A stretch of 64,000 bases of DNA. Source: Candidatus Omnitrophota bacterium (GTDB lineage Bacteria; Omnitrophota; Gorgyraeia; Zapsychrales; Zapsychraceae). Shown one piece after another: positions 55,901 to 61,900 of this stretch (positions are counted from its first letter, which is position 1; each line of letters starts with the position of its first letter). A model generated the notes under the pieces. It did not search any database, was not told where the DNA came from, and saw only the letters and a list, made by a program, of their open reading frames with translations. Where the stretch lies: positions 7,125 to 71,124 of the forward strand of contig JAGQKV010000005.1 of the NCBI GenBank assembly GCA_020429915.1, written 5' to 3'. A program made the position numbers and the translations under genes.

Positions 55901-58900
55901 AGCGCCCAATCCGAATATGTTCCGGACCCGTCGTAGCGGGTCAAACCGCTGTCGCTGTCCATATTGGTAATCGACACCGTCTGACCGCCTTCCAACCGGA
56001 TGACGTCGTCGTTGCTGACGGTGCCCGTCACGGTCAAGTCGTTGTCCACCAGATCGAACGTCCCGTTGACCACGAACAGATCGCCGCTGAGCGATTCATT
56101 GGCCGTTAAGTTGAAGTCTTCCCCGTACCCATTCTCGGTCAGATGATCACCGGCAGCCAGCTCGGCAATCTCGGTTGCGGATAGCGCCCGGCTGTAAATA
56201 CGGACATCGTCTATTTGACCATCGAAGTAATTGTTTTCAGATCCTGAACATGTTGCCCCGGACCAACCGGCAAATATATAATTGGCCCCGCCGCTGGCGG
56301 AGAATGTGGCTTGCGCCGTGCTGTCTTCCAACACACCATTGACGTAAACGGTCAGCCCGTTGACCGGATCCCATGTCGTGGCGATGTGATACCATTGACC
56401 CGCATTGAGCGTCGTCGTTCCATCCGCCTGAACAGCTCCCGGCGCCCAGCTGTGCGCCTCAATTTGGCTGCTATCCAAAGTGAGCATGGAAACACACCAT
56501 CCACCGGTTCCCGCCGACAATAAGGAGGCGTGGATAATGGTTCCGTCGGTTTCTCCCGAATCCCGGTTTATCCACGCCGATATCGTATACGGCTGATTGG
56601 ATGTTCCCAGTTCATTGAAACCGGCGGCCTTGGTGTAGTCGTCCGTACCGTCAAAATCAAAGCTGCGCGTATTGTTAAAGCTGGTTGTGGGCACACTGGC
56701 CGACGGTTGCGGATAGGTATTGGCCCCGCCGGTGCCGTAGGGGAACATGTGCCGGGCGTATTGAGAGCTGCTGTAGTTCATACCGCCGGACGTGGTTTCA
56801 TCATATTTCCAGTACCCCACCAGATGGTCGGAGGCGACACGCAGGTCATCGTATCCCCAGTCGTTGATAGTGTAGGGACCGGACGTCCCGTTGTACGACA
56901 CGGTTGATCCGCTGTTAAGCGTCGGGGCCGAAGATGTCTCGCCGCCTTCGAGCTGATACACCCCGCCGTCTTCAACGGTGAAGCTGTTGCCGCTAAAGCT
57001 CAGGTTGTTGCCGCTGATATCGAATGTCCCTTCAATGATCGTAAAGTCTTGACCGGCCGCGTCCAACGTGAGGGCCGATTGCAAGTGGACCGAACCCCCG
57101 GTCTTATTGACATCGATATCAATATTGATGCCGCCGGTGGCCCCGGAAAGATTAAATCCTTGGACCATGGCCCCGTCAAACAGCAGCGTCGCGCTTCCGC
57201 CGTAACCGGTATCCGTACTGACCACCATACCGCCGGCCGCGACGGTTCCGGAATTGATATTCCCGACCGTAGTCAAAGTCAGGGTGCCGTTGACGTCCAG
57301 CGTGCCGCTCACCGTCACATCGAGTGTGGCTGTATTGAAAGTCACGTTGGCAAACGATATCGTGCCCGAGGCGACGGTAAGCGCGTCCGTCCAGATGACC
57401 GTACTCGTGCCGGCGTCCACGTTGCCCGCGGTATAGGTCCACCCCCCGCCGTCGACATTGATATTGTCCTGGATCGTCAGCGTGCCGGAAGTCTTGTTGA
57501 TCTCAACGCCCGGCACCTCGCCCGTTGCGCCGTTGGCACTCAAGGTCTGCGCCCCGGTGCCGTCGAACAGGATCAGACTCGTTCCGCCCGCAGTGGTGTC
57601 CACCGTGATCACGTTACCGCTAATGGCGATCGGACCGGAGTTGATATCATTGACCGAATTGATCGTCAATGTCCCGGCAATATCCATCGTGCCGCTGACG
57701 GTCAGGTCACCCGCCGCACCGGTATTGATGTTGACATCGTTGAAGGTCATACTGCCGCCGGTCACGGTGGCCGTGGCAGTAAAGATCACCGTACTTGTGC
57801 CGGCATCCACGGTTCCCGCCATATAGGTCCAGCCGCCGGTATCGATATTGATATTGTCCTGAATCGTCAATGTGCCGGACGCCTTGTCGACTTCAAAGCC
57901 GGGCAGCTCCCCGGTCCCGCCGCCGGCACTGAGGGTCTGGGCGCCGGGGCCATCGGCGATGATCGTGCTTGTACCGCCGGCCGTGGTGTCGGTCGTGATG
58001 ATGTTTCCGGCCACCGTTACCGCACTGCTATTGATGTTGCTCACCGAGGTAATGCTCAACGTTCCGGCGACGTCCATCGTGCCGCTGACCGTAATGTTAT
58101 TTGTTCCGCCGGCCGCCACCGTAACGTCATTAAAGCTCATAGATCCGGCCGAAACCGTAGAGACATTAGTCAATACGACCGTACTTGTACCCGCGTCTAC
58201 CGTCCCCATGTTGTACGTCCAGCCGCCGGTGTCAATGTTAATGGTGTCCTGGATCGTCAACGTACCGCCGGATTTGTCGACAATGACCCCGGGCAGCTCC
58301 CCGGTCCCGCCGGCGGCATCGAGCACCTGCGCCCCGCCGCCGTCAAAGGCAATAAGACCATCCCCGCTGATGGTCGTGTCGGTGGTGGTCACGTTGGTGG
58401 CCACGGCAATGTCTCCGCCATTCAAATTCGCCAACAGCGTGATCGCAAGGTCACCTTCCACGTCCATTGTCCCGGTAATATTCAGATCATCTGCCGCCGC
58501 CTCCATGGTGATATCCACATCGTTGAACATCATCGCTCCGGAGTCGACCGTCGACGTATCGGTGAAGACGACTTTGCTGGTACCGGCATCCACCGTCCCC
58601 GCGGTGTAAGTCCAGCCGGCATCGTCGATATTAATGGTCCCCAGGATCGTCAAAGTACCCCCGCCTTTGTTGATGCTGACACCGGTCACCTCACCGGTTC
58701 CGCCGTTCGACGTTAATGACTGAGCCCCGCCGCCGTCGAAATACACCACGGCCGCCCCCGTGATGGCGGCATCGGTGGTCACGACATTTCCGGCAACGGC
58801 TAAAGTACCGGTGGTCATCACGGCCGTGTTGGTCAGCGTCAGCGTGCCGTTGATATCCATCGTTCCGCTGACATCGAATGTGTCATCGGTTTGGCTGACC

Positions 58901-61900
58901 GTTACGTCATTGAAGATCATCGCCCCCGAGGTCACCGTCTGTGTCCCGGTCGTGGCATCGAAGATCACCGTGGAGGTATTCGCGGTGAACGTACCTCCCG
59001 AGAAGGTCCAGTCGCCTTCGACATTGATGGTCGTGTCGCTGGCAATAAATGTGGCCCCTTCCTGGATATAGCCGTCCGCCCCCAGATCGACCGTAATGCC
59101 GGCTCCCTGCGTAATGGTTCCCGTATAGGAGGCGTCGATCAGTATCCCCAGAATGGTCACATTGGCATCGATGGTCGCGTCTTTGGAGCTGGTAATGTCG
59201 AAAATGGCGACATCCGTCGGAGAAGGCACGACATCTCCCAGCCAGTTTTGCGGTGTGCTCCAATTGTTGTCCGCGCCGCCGCCGTCCCAGATCACCCCGG
59301 AGCCGAAGAACCAGTTGGTGTTATTGCCGCTGTCGGTCGAACCGGTGGCCAAGACCACCCCGCCGCTGCTGGCATCGGAACGTTTGACGTCGACTTTGTC
59401 CTGGAGTTGTGAATTACCGGTGAGCGTCAACTCCCAGTCGACCGCGGCATCGGCCACACTGCGCAATATGGATTGCGTCCCGGAGGTGCCGTTACTGTCA
59501 AAAGTACCGTTGATCGTGATGCCGTTGCCGCCGCCGGTGGCGACTTCGTGAATCTTGCTGGCCCCGAGGATGACTGTTCCGAAAGACTGTCCGTAATCGG
59601 TGATCGTGGCGGTCACACCGGAATTGTAGAACTGAACGGTAGAGGTGACGGCATCGAAGCTCAGCGCGGCGGATGTCACCGTTTCGTTTCCATACAGACG
59701 GAACCCGTCATCCACGTCGATTTGGTCGGCGACCGCAAGGTTGAATCCGGCCAGGTCCAGGGTTCCCGCGGTGACCACAAAGTCCTCACTGGCTTCGACC
59801 GCGCTGAAGTCGAAGGCCAGGACCACGCTGCCCGAAACCTTGTTGACGGTGAAGCTGCCGTTCGTCCACGGATCACCAGCGATCCCCGTAATTGTCTGTG
59901 TGGCCGTACCGTCGAAGACAATGTTGGTGGTCCCGTCGACATCGGTGTCGACGGTGTTGGTCAGATCCCCGGCGAGGGTGACCACTCCGCCGTCCAGACC
60001 GCCGCTGCCCATTTGGACGATGGCCAGCTGACCGTTGATATCAAACGTGCCGGTGATGTCCAGGCCATCGGAGGTATCCGTGTTGATGGCCACATCATTG
60101 ACCGACATGGTTCCGGTATTAATCACACCGCCGTCGTTAAAGCTGACCGAACTGGCTGACCAGTCGGTTGTCCCCTGCACGTACTCCAGGAGAACCTGGG
60201 CGCCGTTGTTATTACCGCTGATATAGATATCATCCGTCACGGTCAGTGTTCCGGACGGCTTATTGATACGGATACCGGTCAGGGCCGCGTCGCCGCCGCT
60301 GCCGTTCATCGCCTGGGCTCCGGAGCCTTCGATCACAATTACGGTGGAACCGGTGACACTTGTATCCGTACTGACGACGTCGCCACTGACACCGATTTCT
60401 CCACCGAGCAGACTTGAAATTTGAGATATTGTCAGGTTATTGCCGATATTCAATGTGCCGGTGATCGTAACATCGTCGGCGACGCCCGCATTGAATATCA
60501 GATTATTGAGGACCACACTTCCGGCATCGATTGTCCCGCGGTCACGGATGCGGATTGTACTGGTACCGGCATCAACCGTTCCTTGAATATAATCAAAGAC
60601 AACCTTGGCTCCGTCATTGTTGCCGTAGATGTCGATTGTGTCACTGATGGTCAATGTGCCGGCCGACTTATCCACTATCAGTGACGGAAGCGCGCCAGTT
60701 CCCCCGCCGGCTCCCAAGGCCTGGGCCCCCGAACCGTCAAACACGAGGAATCCGGACCCGTCCACAGTGGCGTCGGTAGTGGTGACATCGCCGGCTACGG
60801 CCAGAGTTCCGGTTTCAATTAGATCCAGTTGGGTGAGCGTGAGGTTCCCGTTGATATCCACCGTTCCGGAGATCGTAATGTCGTCAGTCGTCTCATCCGT
60901 ATTGACGGTGACATTGTTGAACATCATGGTTCCCGAGGACACCGTGGCCGCGTCGGTCAGCACAACGGTACTTGTTCCGGAGTCGACCGTACCGGCAACA
61001 TAGTACCAGCCACGGTCGTTAATGTTGATCGTATCCGAAACGGTCAACGTGCCACCGGATTTATTGATCCGAATCCCGGGCAGCTCACCGGTGCCGCCGC
61101 TCGCGTTCAACGATTGGGCACCGACTCCGTCGACATAAATCGCGAAGGACCCTTCAACGGTCGTATCCGTAGTCACGATGTCTCCGCCGGCAGCGATGGT
61201 CCCGGTTGTAATCAGAGCTGTGTTTGATATCGTCAGGGCTCCGTTGACGTCCATCGTACCAGTGATGGCAAAGGTATCATCCGTCTGGCTGATGGTCACC
61301 GCGTTGAAGATACTGCTGCCCGCATTCACCGTCTGAGTCCCGGAGGTAGCGTCGAAGATCACGGTAGAACCGCCGCCGGTAAAGGTGCCGCCGCTGACCG
61401 ACCAATCGCCCTCAACATTAATATTCGCCGTCCCGCCGGTGAACGCCCCGCCCTGCTGGTCGAATCCGGAGGTTCCCAGATCCATATTACTACCCGCTCC
61501 TTGGGTGATGGTCCCGCTGTAGGAAGATTGTATCAGGATTCCGGCAATGGTCACCGACGCGTCCACCGTGGCGTCCTTGGTACTGGTGCCATTAAAGACC
61601 GCAATATCTCCGGCACCCGGAGTGGAGTCTCCGAGCCAATTTTGCGGGGTACTCCAGTTATTATCTCCCCCGCCACCGTCCCAAACGACCGCGCTGGAGA
61701 ACAGCCAATTGGTATTGTTTCCGCTGTCCGTCGATCCGCCCGCTATGACGAGCGTACCGGCCGAGGCATCGGACCGTTTGACATCGACCTTATCCTGGAG
61801 ATTGGAAACACCCTGCAGGTCTAACTCCCAGTCGACGGCCGCGTCCGCCACGCTGCGCAGGACTGACCGACTGGCCAGGCTGCCGTTGCTGTCGAAGGTA

